NCBI GenBank assembly: GCA_022605425.2
Contig: JAKIMF020000007.1
Span: forward strand, 558,001-622,000
Length of the DNA stretch: 64,000 nt
Origin: Hamiltosporidium tvaerminnensis FI-OER-3-3
Taxonomy: Eukaryota > Fungi > Microsporidia
Direction of reading: 5' to 3'
Position numbers and translations under genes: made by a program. Below, one piece after another: positions 40,050 to 53,643 of the stretch (position 1 is its first letter; every line of letters starts with the position of its first letter). The notes beneath the pieces are model-generated. The model worked only from the letters and a program-made list of their open reading frames with translations. It was not told where the DNA came from and searched no databases.

Positions 40050-43000
40050 TATTCTGTCAGAACAGTGAAAAAGCAATAGCCTAGATCTGCTATTCTAACA
40101 GTGCAAACCAAATTTGAGATGGATGCCTATAAATCACTGGTCTGCAATTCTTATGTACTACAATGGGAAAGTTGGCTGTACTGTTAATATCGATGTGTTA
40201 AAAAAATTGACAAAAAATGAGGCAGACAGGCAAATGGCGCAATAAAAAGTGAAGACCAATGTAGTATCGCAATTTTTTTTGCTGGCTCATGTTCTTTGAC
40301 AGATTATTACTCTATATTAGTCTGAGAGAGAGCTTTTTTCTAATCCCAAAAAACGTTGGAGAAGGAATTTGGGGATGATGTGGTTCGAACTAAAAAATTT
40401 CAAAGTAAGTTAGTTACGATACAATTTTAAACCCCATCAATCAAATCGCGTTGTAATTTTATGACTCTTCTATAACAAATACTGCTAATGATGCAGCTCA
40501 CATAATCAAGGAGGCTCGGACATGCTATGAAAAAGTAGCACGGTTTATTAAACCTAGATACGCATAGAAGGCGAATATGGAAACTATAATTTCTTAGGCA
40601 TAATTTTCAAATATTTTTCGAAAAAATTAATACGCAAAAAAAGCTCTTCTCTTCAACAGTGAAAGGCCTTCAGAAATCATGCGATTCTTAAAATAAAACA
40701 TTAGCGATAACTGGTTTTTCGGAGGCTTTAGTTTATAAAAATGAAACTTAGAATGTCTACAAGAAAATTGGTGTATGAAAGTAAAAAGCGATTACGAAAA
40801 GAGAATTTTATGTTTGAGTTATGCCTCAGTCGATTTTATTCTGCGTTATTCAAGCGCATTGAGTTTGAACATGTAGTAAATCGTGGCGAAATTTTTTTAC
40901 TTGGTCTACAATGTAGGACCAAAATGATAAAATGGTTTTGCACAATAATTATTAAATAAATATCGTGTCAGATACTTATCAGACCATGCTTTCTTAACTT
41001 GATGAGTTTATAGTATCATAACTTGGGTACTAAACAGGAAAGCTGCTAGGATTGAAAGTATTAACAATTTTTACATTAAGAACCTTACGAGTCTTCATGA
41101 ATATCTTTACGAATTTGTAAAAGCCATATGTTCAAAAATAAAGCCTCAATTCAATTGGTATTATTATCGACTTAGTTATCTGATACCTCAATAAACACGC
41201 CAAACCGATTTTAATTACAAGTCAATAGGCTTTATCCTAAACTTGTATAAGCTAACAACAAAATGTGTTATAAGGTGTACAGATTGAGGTTAAAAGACGA
41301 GGTTTATTTTCAGATAATCAGTTAGGAGCGTTTATAAATATGAACTAAAGCGAAATCTAAACTCTAACAAATTTTGTTCATTATATGGCTAAAGAAACAA
41401 TCTTAAGACATCGATCTACGATGTCTTAAGGGCATATTCCTAAATATATGAAGCTTATTTAACTTAATGCATCGAAAATCTGAGTTTACCTCATTGGTTT
41501 ATGTAATTTATTAAGTGAAAATATCAAAACGGAAAAATGATATTTCGGTAAGACCTCCAAAAAACATGAACGAGAAGGTTGATAAAGATACTTTGCAGAA
41601 GGATTGTCTTTCGATATTATTGTTTGTGTTGTGTATGGATTTATAAAGCCGAAAGCTGAATAAGAAATACGCAAAAGTAACAAAAAAGACAGAATTATCA
41701 CACTATACCAATAATATCTTGGTTATTGATGATATCGAGCTTCTGGCTAAAGATGAACAAATACTAGAATAGATGACTGAGAAAGTAAAAATTTTATGAA
41801 CAATATTAATATAAGATCAACAAAGAAAATCGGCGACAAATTATATGTGTTGTTAAGTAAAGGAACTTTTAATGAAGGCATAAGCGTTATAAATGCCTTA
41901 GCAGTATAGAAAATAGCAGAGGAATTCCAATACATAAGGCATTTAAGGAGGTATAGATTCTTTTGGTAGCACGAGTAGAAAGACTTTGCTGAATGAGATT
42001 AAATGCAAGAATCTTATTTCAAGTCATGCTTAACATGCCCATTCCTATTAACCATCCCATAGGTGTAGTCTTAATTTAACCAGCTGACTTCTATAAGTTG
42101 TATGATACAAGGTCTGCTGTTTTAGTAAAGAAAAAAATACATATACCTCAAGGATGTAAAGAACTTCGATATCTTTTTCGTAAAAAACTTAAAAAATGTT
42201 TACATAGTGCCGAGTTATAATGCGAACATTTGCTTGTGCCACTCTTTAAGTTTCTAGAAAAGACAAAAGTTCCATCAACAAAAAGAGCACCAATCTTTTA
42301 AAAGAAAAATGACAATGCTACCCATCTCGCATTGATAAAAGATTTTAACAAGTAAATAGGGTTAAAAGATTGGTCTACTAAGAAGAAATACGAAGAATTC
42401 CCCTAGCTACTTTTATATAAAATGGAAAAACAAAAACTACATTTAAAGTTATTTAATGTTATAACTAACTAACTGTTGTGTAAACAACTCCTCACGACGG
42501 TTAGAAAAAAAAAGTCTAAGACAATGTGATGAAGTAGTGTTCTGCTATTACCAAGATTGAAATGTATTCCTGGAATCATAAGGTATATGTCAATACTGCA
42601 ACACGTCTAGAAAAACAGTGGCTATTCCGCAATTAGATTTGTAAAAAAGGCTTGGTCATGACTATACGAGAAGACATAATGAAGTAGTACGATGCAGCAT
42701 TTACACTTACTAAATAGATATGAATTTAAGTCTTCAAGACGAAGTAGAAACCACTTAGTTCAATAAATTCATTATAAAAAGTAAAAAATGATATCAATAG
42801 ATATTAGGCTAAAACTACTGTCAAAATTTGGAATAATAAGCTGGATACATTCATTTAAGTCAAAAGACAAGAATGAAATAACCCTCATTGAAGTAGGAAT
42901 CACACTCCAAAGCCCTCTTTAAGTAGTGTAACCAGAGAAGCTTTAGAACTATGACGTATTATCAAATCAGCCAGGTGTTATTTATAGATATGGTGTGTGG

Positions 43001-43410
43001 ATAATTCCTTATGTGATAACCTGAACGATATTGTGACATAACAAAATACTTATCTTAAAAGATTTCAAATACTCATGAATGTAGAGCCATACACTCAGTC
43101 GATAGTATTTAAGAAAATGTCAAATCAATTGTATTTGATGAAAAAAAAATCTCGATTCGAGATCAAATGTTAAAGAAAGCTGCTAGGAAAGAACTTTATT
43201 ATCTGTAGTTAAAGAGGTGAGTTGCATAAAAAACCAAAAATCTTTATAAGCAAGTAGATAATGAGGCAGATGTTGTTCAAACAGTACATACAAATACAAT
43301 TTATAGCTTATTTTAGATGGCGTAATTACAGATTAAGAACCTATAAGCTACCATAAATATGATTAAAGAGTTGGATTTAGATGAAGGGTGTAAAGTGGTA
43401 TAAAAAACGA
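40050..43410 (+). mobile_element. Decayed RLE-type (R4/NeSL-like) non-LTR retrotransposon
   Basis: Remnant motifs in order: NLYKLTTKCV (~41240), NQLG, ~LQKDCLSILLFVLCMD (~41595), VIDD (~41725), GHDYTRRHNEVVRC (~42655), LIEVGI (~42890), EKL..YD, IIPYV. A-rich 3' end. The 5' boundary is uncertain. Confidence 0.8.
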
Positions 43411-43759
43411 AAAAAAAAATTTTAACCGAGAATTTTATTAAATTAAGTAAAATATTTTAGGGATTTTTTTACAATTAATTCAAATGAATTTAAAAATATC
43501 ATAAATAAAAGATTACTTTAATATCGATTTTGTACTAATTTATACATCGACAATAAAAAAATTCAAGTTAAAAAATCAAATTTGTGCAGCAAAGGGAAAT
43601 GCAAAGAATAACTAAAAATCTTTGCCGGTACTAGATTATAAAATAAGTATTTTTATTTTTTGAATATAGTTTCTTAAAAACCAATATAAATAACTATTCT
43701 TAAGAAATACACCAATTTCAAATAATAAGTACAAATTCTTAAAAGGGGTAAAAAAAGAT

Positions 43760-45010
43760 ATGGAAGGAAGCAAGATTTTAGTAAATAAAAATATTAAAAA
43801 AAGAAAAATAGATGGCTTGAAAAACTTATCAATAATAATTTCATTCATAGCTTGTATTAGATTTATGTTTGCTAATTATAAGAAACATGGAATACTCATT
43901 ACATTACCTCTACAGTCACTTCTATTCAAAGATATACAAGGATTATTTTACATTTTAATCATGAATTTTTTTAAATGTTTATTTGCATTTTGTAACGAAT
44001 ATTATCTTAATAATTTGATTTTCAAACTTATATTTCTTCTTTCTTTTGAGATTTTTATTGGATATTTAAATGTTAAATATATTCAGAATGTATATTTTTC
44101 ACTGTCTTTACTCATTCTTAGTGTCTCATTTCTAATGAAAACGATATCTTTTCATATATATTTTTATAGAATTTTAACTTTTGGCGGAGGTAATGAAAAA
44201 TTTAATGATGCATCTAAAAAAGTAACTCATAAAACATGTAGCATAGAAAATACTAAGACAAAACACTTTGCATCAAGATATACAAAGCTAAGCTTTTCCT
44301 ATTATTTATATTTCATTTGTATACCAACTTTGTGTTTCAGAAAAAAATATAAAATTCGTAAAAATAGAAATTGGATTTCGATTTTAAATTTATTTTTGAA
44401 ATTTTTAATAAGTATACTTCTAATTATGTTTATAATGGATCAGTATGCAGTACCTTGTATTTACAATATAGAAAACTCACGAGATATTATTTCTTTGATA
44501 GAAAATGTATTGGACTTATCTATCAGTACAACATTTTTATGGTTAATATTTTTTTATAGTTGTTTTTATTGCTTTCTTAATATATTGGCACGTATAACAA
44601 AATATAAAAATGATAAATTTTATAAAAAATGGTGGAATGTCAGTTCTATACGCCAGTTTTGGTCATGTTGGAATATTCCTGTGCATGAATGGTTCAAGGA
44701 AGTAGTATATATTCCTTTGGTACAGAATAACTATTCGAAGTCGCATGCTTCGTGTTTTATATTTTTTTTATCTGCCATTTTACATGAATATGTAATTGGC
44801 GCTTCTACAAAAATGTTCAAAGGTTGGATTTTTCTTAGCATTTTTTCTCAGATATTTCTTATCAAGATATCAGATTATACGTGTTGTTTTCCAAATTTGG
44901 GAAATTATCTTTTTTGGTGTTCATTTTGTATCATTGGACAACCAATGTGCATGTTTTTATATTATAGAGCTTTATATCTTAAAAACGTACCATTAGAAAT
45001 GTCAATGTAA
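43760..45010 (+). CDS. MBOAT-family sterol O-acyltransferase / DGAT1-like protein
   Basis: Intact multi-TM ORF with YFICIPTLCF, FYKKWWN (FYxDWWN-like), FWSCWNIPVHEW and catalytic-His motif SAILHEY. GGG motif upstream of ATG. Confidence 0.92.
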   Translation: MEGSKILVNKNIKKRKIDGLKNLSIIISFIACIRFMFANYKKHGILITLPLQSLLFKDIQGLFYILIMNFFKCLFAFCNEYYLNNLIFKLIFLLSFEIFIGYLNVKYIQNVYFSLSLLILSVSFLMKTISFHIYFYRILTFGGGNEKFNDASKKVTHKTCSIENTKTKHFASRYTKLSFSYYLYFICIPTLCFRKKYKIRKNRNWISILNLFLKFLISILLIMFIMDQYAVPCIYNIENSRDIISLIENVLDLSISTTFLWLIFFYSCFYCFLNILARITKYKNDKFYKKWWNVSSIRQFWSCWNIPVHEWFKEVVYIPLVQNNYSKSHASCFIFFLSAILHEYVIGASTKMFKGWIFLSIFSQIFLIKISDYTCCFPNLGNYLFWCSFCIIGQPMCMFLYYRALYLKNVPLEMSM

Positions 45011-45109
45011 TAATTGGAATTTAATTTTTTTAAGATTTATTCGATCTTAGATTATTAATTTATTAAAACTTTTATTTAATAAAATTCTGGTTAAAAATTT
45101 TTTATGACT

Positions 45110-45530
45110 TTTATAAATTTCCTTCTATCTCTTTGACCGTTATCGTTTCTTCTTCTAAATTTGATTCTTTATTTATGTTTATCGTCAGTTCCTTAATCGT
45201 GGTTCCTCCTATTGAAATAGGGAGTGTAATATTTTTTGTCTTTAAATGTTCCACCCCATCTTCATCTCTAATACCTGTTTTAAAGGATATGTTGATTCTC
45301 TATGCACCTCAGCTCTCTTAATAACACCCATTGATGTTATTTCGCAGCTCTCTTCGGCACCAGATCAGGCCCTGATTCAAGTCCTTTTGTCGATCAAAAG
45401 AAATTGTTTTGATTGTCTTCTTGATCACCATTGAATGAATCTATGTCTCTATATTAGGAGGTATTTGCTGTCTTTTAAGATGTGACTTGTGGTATTTTGT
45501 CAAAATACCGTCCCAAGTCATCTCATACCG
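45110..45530 (-). mobile_element. 3' fragment of RLE-type non-LTR retrotransposon
   Basis: Minus strand reads MTWDGILTKYHKSHLKRQQIPPNIE..VIKKTIKTISFDRQK, homologous to the 3' end of 40050-43410. Confidence 0.75.
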
Positions 45531-48062
45531 AATTAAATAAACACTAGGCTTATAATTAATTGATTAAAATGTTAGAAGTAAAATATATTTACTTAGGAAA
45601 GATTTTCGAAACCAAAAATACGTATTTATTAAATAAAACCATTTCATAGAATTTTAAACTACTTCAAGATTATTCTTTGTTTTAAAATAAATCGAAACAA
45701 AATTTTTTTTATTATGTTTTGTCTGTATAGATCAAATTTTTGAAGAATACAAGGCGTTGTAAATTACTTGAATGTATTAAATTTTGACATTCCTTGTATC
45801 CTGATAAAAAATAAAGAAATATCCATCGGAAAACCAGCAATCTTAAATACTACGTAATTTTATAAACTTATATAAGCCAGTGTAGGATTTTCGTAGGCCA
45901 AATATTAAGTAGAAACTGAAATTAATATCAAATAAGACAAATACAACCTGCAAGTTTTAAAAGCAGAATAGAAATACAAGAAAACTTATAAGACGTAATA
46001 AATTTTTAACTCACCGGTGCTATTACCTCATTGGAATAAATATAAGAAACTAACAAATCAGATTATAAAGTATATTGGTATATCAGAAAAGAAGTGTATT
46101 CTGATTCCCATTAGAATATTTTGATAAGTAATTATTTTAGGCACTAGCATAGTATTTGCGATAAGATATCGATATTATATTTAGAAAATAGCATACTCAT
46201 TTATAAAATGGTTTTACTGTGCTTGTTTATTTCCATTAATAAATATAACTTTGACTCTAAAAAATGAATCAATTCAAAAGTATAAAAAATTGTCAATACA
46301 AGTATGCTACAAGAAAAACGCGATTATAAAGTAAAGCGAAAAATTCTAAACAACAGATAATTTGTTTTAAATAAAATTAAATTAGATACTGTTTTTAAAA
46401 TCAGAATAATGTAAAAGCTTTCAATAAATTATTGAAGCCAAAAATATGATTAGATAAAACACTCAGTATATATATTAAGTACAATTTGAAATTTAGTGTT
46501 TTGTTAATTGTGATCTAATAACCGTTATTATACCATAGAAAATACCATATGAGTACAAATATTAACCTTTCCGCACCAAGAATAGAGTGATCCTTAATTT
46601 TATTGTTCTTTAAAAATACTTTCAAAGCTATTTCTGCCAGTGTGGAATGGAAGTGAAAATAGAAGTAAAAAGTCTTAATAATCTAACAAAAACTTCAAAC
46701 CGGAAGCATATTCTTATTCCTCGTATGTATCAACGAAAATGAGGGTTTTAAACGAAAAGCGTCAAAACCATCACAGTCTACTTTTGGAAAAAAGAGCAAA
46801 TAAAAAACATTGATTAAAACCGTAGAAGAAACAAATACAAAAAACTCTAATAAAATAATAAAAAGAATAAGAAGTACCCGAAAACAAAAGGAACTTTTCT
46901 AATAATAGAACTTTATATTATTTAATAAATTTTAAACACAAGATTATATTTTTTATCTTTGCGCACGAAGGTGCGGTTTTACTACTTAGATCTATTTTTT
47001 ATATTTTTTTAAGTTAAGACATTGTTTAGTTTATTCTGTCAAAATAAATTCCAAATTTTCTAAAATATCCTCTGTTTAAAGGCGAATAAAAAGCTTATAC
47101 TGTAAAATTAAAATTAGTTACCTGCTTAGAAAATTTTTATTAACTTTAAAAACAGCTATAATTACCAAAATGAATATCCAAAATTACAACCGAAGTTATT
47201 AAAGAGCCTTTCTAAACTAATTAAATGTTATTGATTACGTTTTCAAGACAAATGAAACATTAAAACAAAAGGTTAAACAAAGCTGGTAACAATTACTCAT
47301 CCTTAAAAATCCATAGTCTGATGATAATATAAAAAATCAGTGTCTCTATAACCAAAAACCTTGGTAATTAAAGGAAATGACAATGGTGTCAAAGAAAATG
47401 GTAGGGATACAGCTTGCCTATTTAGATCTTGTAATCTTCCAGCTAAACAAGGTATATTATAACAGTCACCTAATCAGCAAAGTTTTTATCGTACCAACCT
47501 TAAGAAGAGGCTTAAAAAAACATTATATATCCAATAAAAATCATAAATGAATTATGAATTCACAATAATATACTGATATTTTATAAAATAAACAATTTTA
47601 TATATTAGCTGAAGGTATAACAAATATTTGAGAACGATTTATTAAATTATATTAAAATTGAATGAAGAATAACAGAAAAAGAACAATTTATGTGATAAAT
47701 AATTTCGCAATTGTTTTTTCTTTTTAATTAAATCTCAGATATTTTTTTCAATATATTTTATTCTTCGTATATTGCTTCATTTTGATTCTTCTACAAAGCT
47801 TTATCCACGTCAACTATATTCTCCAATCCATTTTAAAAATTTACCGAATATTGTGATTTTTGTGAAATAACAAATGTTCATAGAAAAGAGATGGAAATTT
47901 GAGTTGGATTAGAATTTATATTGGTATCGAAAATTTTTAGATAAATATTTTTTTATTTTGGTTGCAATTTGAATGTAATTTTAAATTAAAAAGAAAGTCA
48001 TAATCTTAATTTCAACGAGTAGCAAAATCGAAAAGAGTGTTAGAAGATAAAGTAATAATATT

Positions 48063-50198
48063 TGTCACGGGCCAATAAACCCCCCCATGCCCAATAGAAC
48101 CCCCGTTATTTCCTATACATTTTTAATCTTGATAACACCCTTTATTTTTTGATATAGCCTTTTAATTTCTATATCCTTATAACTCATTTATTCCCCTTAT
48201 TTTAAACATCTTCTTATTTTAATTTCCTTTCCAATATTTCTTATCCATACTTTTTTAACATTTCTTTTGTATAAACAATAGGATGTGTTAATTATAAATA
48301 AAATATCCAATAAAATTTATATTTTGCTTTTCCGTTCCTTGTTTGCTTTTTTTCACTTATTTGCATTTGTTGGTATTTATAAGGCGAAATTTCGTTGTAG
48401 AATTCGATACAGGCACTAAACAACATAAAATTGTACAAACATTTATTTAAAGCTTTCATATAATTTTTTATTTTCTAAGTATTCATTCTAAATATATAAA
48501 AATATAATGTAACCAAAATGCCAAAGATTGTAAGTTGTAAAAATAGGCAAGAAAAAAAAATTCTTACTGCATATTTAAAAACCTGTCAGTATCCAGCTAT
48601 GTATTCCAAAGAAGAAAAGAGGTTGTTGAGGCAGAAGGTAGAATATTTTACTTTGTTCAGAGATGAGATTTGTTTTAAAAGACGCGATCATCTAATAAGA
48701 GCCTTTTTTGGATTTGAAACTGCCTTGATTCAACAAATTACTCAAATAGAGCATTCTGTTGCACATATCTGCGTAAATAAAAGGATTGCTTTGATTATAA
48801 AAAAATACTATGGAATTCTCAAGGCATACATAAAAGAGTATGTAAAAGACTGTGAAGCATGTAGTCGATTAAATTCTCTAAAAACAATTCAGCCAATATA
48901 TATAAATCATATTATCAAAAAATATGATCTTTTTATGATGGATTGTGTAGATTTTAGGAGATACAGCGATCAAAATGATCAATGTAGCTAGATTCTTAAT
49001 GTAATCGACACATACATAAAACATCTCTAGCTTTAAGCTGATTAATAAAACTTCGGAATTAGTAAGAGATTGATTAGAATTTTTATTTGACAACTTCGGT
49101 ATCCCGGTGGCAATACAATCTGATAATGGTCGAGAGTTTAAAATGCACTACTTGAAGCCTTTTTAACAGATCTTAACATCAAAATTATACTTGTAAGACC
49201 ACGCAATCTAAAGGCGCAGGGTCAAGTGGAACGTGTAAATCAGACCTTAAAAAGATGGCTAGCGACTAAATTGCATGAAACAGGTGGGAAAGGGTGGATT
49301 GAACATCTTGTAATGTTGTTTGTGCATATAACAGAACAATACACAAGGCAACAAACAAATCACCATTTATGCTTTTCTTTGAACAACCAGGTTTAAACAA
49401 TCTACTTTCTAGAAGCATAATAGTTGAAAACGAAGCCGGTAAGATAGTGCCTGCTATTGATATAGATCCTGATATAGTTTCAGCAGAAGAAAATGCAGCG
49501 GATACACAATGGATCCTGGAAATCGCCTCGGATCTACATGAAGAAGTTGCTGAAACGGTAACCACAATAACCACTATAATAGCTGATGATCATGAAAGTG
49601 ATGGTAATATACGTTCGGATTTTGCTAAGCACTTTAAAAATTATAGAGAAGAAAATATAAGAAGCAACAATTTAAATAGACTAAACATGGATTTATCTAT
49701 TTGAGATCAAGTTTTGATGAAAAAAAACTTCGATATGAATAATAAAACTAAAAGAGCGCTCTTTGACCCTTTTTACGATAATTCGGTTTTTAAGTTACCG
49801 CTACTTCGATGACCAACATGATTGAAGTAAAAAAACAATAAAGATGAGACAAGAACAGTTTTTAGAGGCGTAATAAAATGTATTTAATTTAATTTAGTTT
49901 ACAATTTTTATAGGCATTTTTTATTATTTAAGTATTACCATTAAATCTTTTATTTTTATTCTGGCAAAACTTGAAATATTTTTTTTGACGGGAATTTCAA
50001 GTTGAAAATTATATAAGTATTTTTTAAACAGACCCCATATTAAATTTAAGGAAAAAATCACTTCCTTTTTCAAATACAAGGCCCTTGGGTCAAATATATG
50101 AAAATAACAGGTTCTATAAATCATTAGAAACTAAGGGGGGTATATAGGAAATTTCATCGGTTCTATTGGACATGAGGGAGGTTTATTAGTCCTTGACA
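48063..50198 (+). mobile_element. Ginger2-like DNA transposon (integrase-type DDE transposase, TIRs)
   Basis: Imperfect ~40-bp TIRs with TGT...ACA termini: TGTCACGGGCCAATAAACCCCCCCATGCCCAATAGAACC versus GGTTCTATTGGACATGAGGGAGGTTTATTAGTCCTTGACA. They enclose an integrase pseudogene. No RT or LTR. Confidence 0.85.
48518..49890 (+). pseudogene. Integrase-like (H2C2 zinc-binding + rve) transposase pseudogene
   Basis: EHSVAH...YVKDCEAC (H2C2), MDCVDF, IQSDNGREF, KAQGQVERVNQTLK, YNRTIHKATNKSPF. Contains in-frame stops and frameshifts. Confidence 0.85.
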
Positions 50199-52861
50199 TT
50201 TATTAACAGTGGAAATCTAATATCGACGCTTTTCTGTGTTGTTAAAAATTTTTCTTAAAAAAAATCCTTTGGATAATTCTAAGGAATAAAAGTTTTTCTT
50301 TATCAGACGGTATTTTTACCATTACTTGCAAGATTATACAATTTAAATAGGTTTTTTCTTAGTTTTTTTATTAAAAAACCTAATATGCATATAATTCTCT
50401 TTAAATAAAGACTATACCTTTGTAAATAAGCATCAAGAAGCTATATAATTGGTTCAAAAATAACACAATTGCTTCATGAGATTATCTACATCAAATTATC
50501 TTACATTGATGATTTATGATAATTATTATAAGTTATATTATTGGTCACGTATAAATATAAATATACTTAAGTTTTAAATAAATATGTCTTTTTATGATAA
50601 TGTGTTATTTACTATGAAAGAAATAATTGGTAGGGAACGCAAATCCAACTATACCTATATAGGAATCTAATTGTTTTTTAGTAATAATTTAGATCCTTAT
50701 GTAACAAATGCAGACAACTATAACATTTTTAATTACCAGAATGAAACTGTAAAAATTTAACAACTGTGTAACCCATAATTGTTCTATATCAACTAATTCT
50801 AAAATTTTTAAAATTTTGTAGAACCTCTGAAAGAGTTTATACAAATGAACTTCTGAGAATTTGGAATAATAAAAAAACATTATTTAATAACCACTTTCTA
50901 GCAATTTTATATTATAAAATTCAAAAAAAAGCTGGAATAAAGTTTTAAGTATAATTTTTAAAAATACCTAAAAAAATAGAGTCATTCCTAAGAAATTCCA
51001 AGTCTATTTGTTCTTAAAACAGTTAAACTATGAAATTTTGTTTTCTATTTAGAAATTCTAGTTGATTTCGTTCTCAAGCTGATTTAAATGTCGTTTTATT
51101 CCTAAAGTGCATCGAAATAGATTTTAGCATGAATATGTAATAAGCAGAGCAATAATATTTTAATGGCTCGCATTGGTATGGAAGATATTTGTGTTCAATT
51201 ATACCTGATATCATATCAAAAAAATTCTTTCATTAAAATTTAAATATTAATCTTGATACAATTAATTTATCACTTCCGTTCTACAATGAGTCTTATTATA
51301 TACGTGATAACGTCCTTAATCCTCGCTTTATTTTCACAGTTCTCTTTTTAAGAACGATATTCAAATTTTTCGATTTTCATTAACCGTTTCGTCAGCGGAT
51401 TCTTTTATAAACTCTATATTTATGACCGATTCCTTCTCGAATAAAAATATATTTAGTATTTTGAAAAGGAAATTTACTTGTTTCACTTAAAATTTATTCA
51501 ATACGATTTCAACAGCAACCTATATAAGATTAAATTGAATCTCCATAATGTGAATATTATACTTAGATTTAATTTATCTCATTGTGGCATAAGAAAAAAA
51601 ATATATTCGGTAACGAGATTACCTTTTCAAGACCATTTAAACCATATGTCTTCAAAATATGTGTGATAATGTTTACTTTAAAACAAACGTTCTTACCACA
51701 TATATATTATCGATTTAAGATATTTTCACCAAGGATTAGCAGATTTTTGTATGCAATACTAAATTATAATGAACCGAATGGCTTTTTAAATTACGAGTTC
51801 AATAAATAGAAAAATAACCTTCACAAACATATTTTTAATTCGCGCCAATTCTTAGACGTATTTGCCATTTCACGAGATACTTTTTAAAATAATTTTTCTT
51901 ATATATAATTGAAATTTTGAATATAGAGTTACATTTAAATAATGAACTTGCCTGCCATTTTGGAGTCTATATGTACTCGCCTTCATTCAAAATTAAATAT
52001 GCGCCCTTAAATTTAATTGGTTTTTCCGATAATAGAATTAGCATATTATATTTTTCTTCTCAGGTATCAATAATAAGAATTTTGAGAAAAGTATATCTTT
52101 TTTACAGATAAGGAAAAAAATTGTTTATATGTCAGGGAATAATTACATTCTGCAATATATTTGAATTATTACCAAACACGTTAAAAAGAATAGGGCGACG
52201 ATTTTAGAGGATTTATGAAATATTTTGTAGCTGATTTAATTTCTTTGATTTTTTTAACCGTAATTATGAATACTAAAATATTTTATAGATTCTTAAAATC
52301 ATTATCCCTAAATACATGGTATTATATCCTAAACACTGGGATTATTAATTTCCTTAAGTTAAGTAAATTACTTATTATTCTGAAATACGATACCGATAGA
52401 AATTGAATCCTAAAGTGATCTACGTCGTTCAAAGATATTTGTTAGAAAAAAATAATTTTTAAAGAAATGGAACATCTGATGATTAAATATTCAAACGCTC
52501 AACCACTAATACTTAATATGTTGTTTCGGGCATACAGGAAAATTATAAGTGATACAAGAAATTGTTAGATATTATCCTTTACATATTAAAAAAAACACTG
52601 TTTGTTTATTTGAATCGTTAAAACTATTAAATCTAAATTGCGAATAATTTTCCTCATGTTATTTTTATAAATGGCAAAGTGATTCAATATTTATTTGTAA
52701 TGAATTCATATAGACTTTTTGCTGCGATTAAATATATTTGTTGTAGTTATTATCTCATAAATATCTTAAAAATCATACTTTGTATTGTTTTTAAGAAATT
52801 TTGTCCATAAAAGTTGCAAATTATAGAAAATATATTTTTTTATAATTAATTTAGAAACGTA

Positions 52862-53590
52862 GTGGAGGAAGGATAACCACATAAAAAACTTTCTGCTTGG
52901 CAATGAGTGTGTGAAACTGGTGTGAAGATCATTTTTTGGATTTTTGGTGGGAATAAAACCATACTAGATTTTCGGTTGTTCCATGGGAGTTGTTATGAAG
53001 AGGAGAGGTCTAAGAAATGGAGAAACTTTTTCTACAAATTTATTTGTAGTTTTTTATGTAACCAGAGTGCAGACCGCAGCTGAACATGTAGATAATTGCC
53101 AGGTAAATCATAGAAACCTAGCCTTTCTCACCGGGAATAGAAGACTTAGCCCCTGGGAGATATAAAAATCAAAACCATTAAAAGCCGGGAGAGCTAAGTA
53201 GCAGGTTATACCTGTTGGTATGACATTGCACTGTTTAGGTAGACCCCATGTAAATCTCTGAAATAAATCTTAGCTAGAAGTTTATGGGGTTCAGAAAGTG
53301 TAGAGTAAGTGGGAATGCTGCATAGTCTTGGGGGAGCCCAGGGGGGGGGGCTTCGGCCTTCGATCACACTCCATGCAACGGACATAAACGAACTCCGGGC
53401 AACTGCCTCGCCTATTAATTAGGTTCTACACACCTGGTAGATGAAAGGCTTTGGAACGTAGGTATCGCAGGGATTACCGATGGAGTGTTGGGGTATCAGT
53501 TATTTATGTTAAACCTAGAACTACGTTAATGTCATAAAAACGAATATAACATCTTGCCACTGTTTTAAAAAGATGTGATACTTTGTAATA
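52862..53590 (+). mobile_element. Family A SINE-like element, young full-length copy
   Basis: Reverse complement of 38321-39047 over its whole length, with scattered substitutions. Confidence 0.92.
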
Positions 53591-53643
53591 GAGTAAAAAT
53601 TTAATTAATATACTCATTAACAATTTTCCAAAATCCCTTAAAA

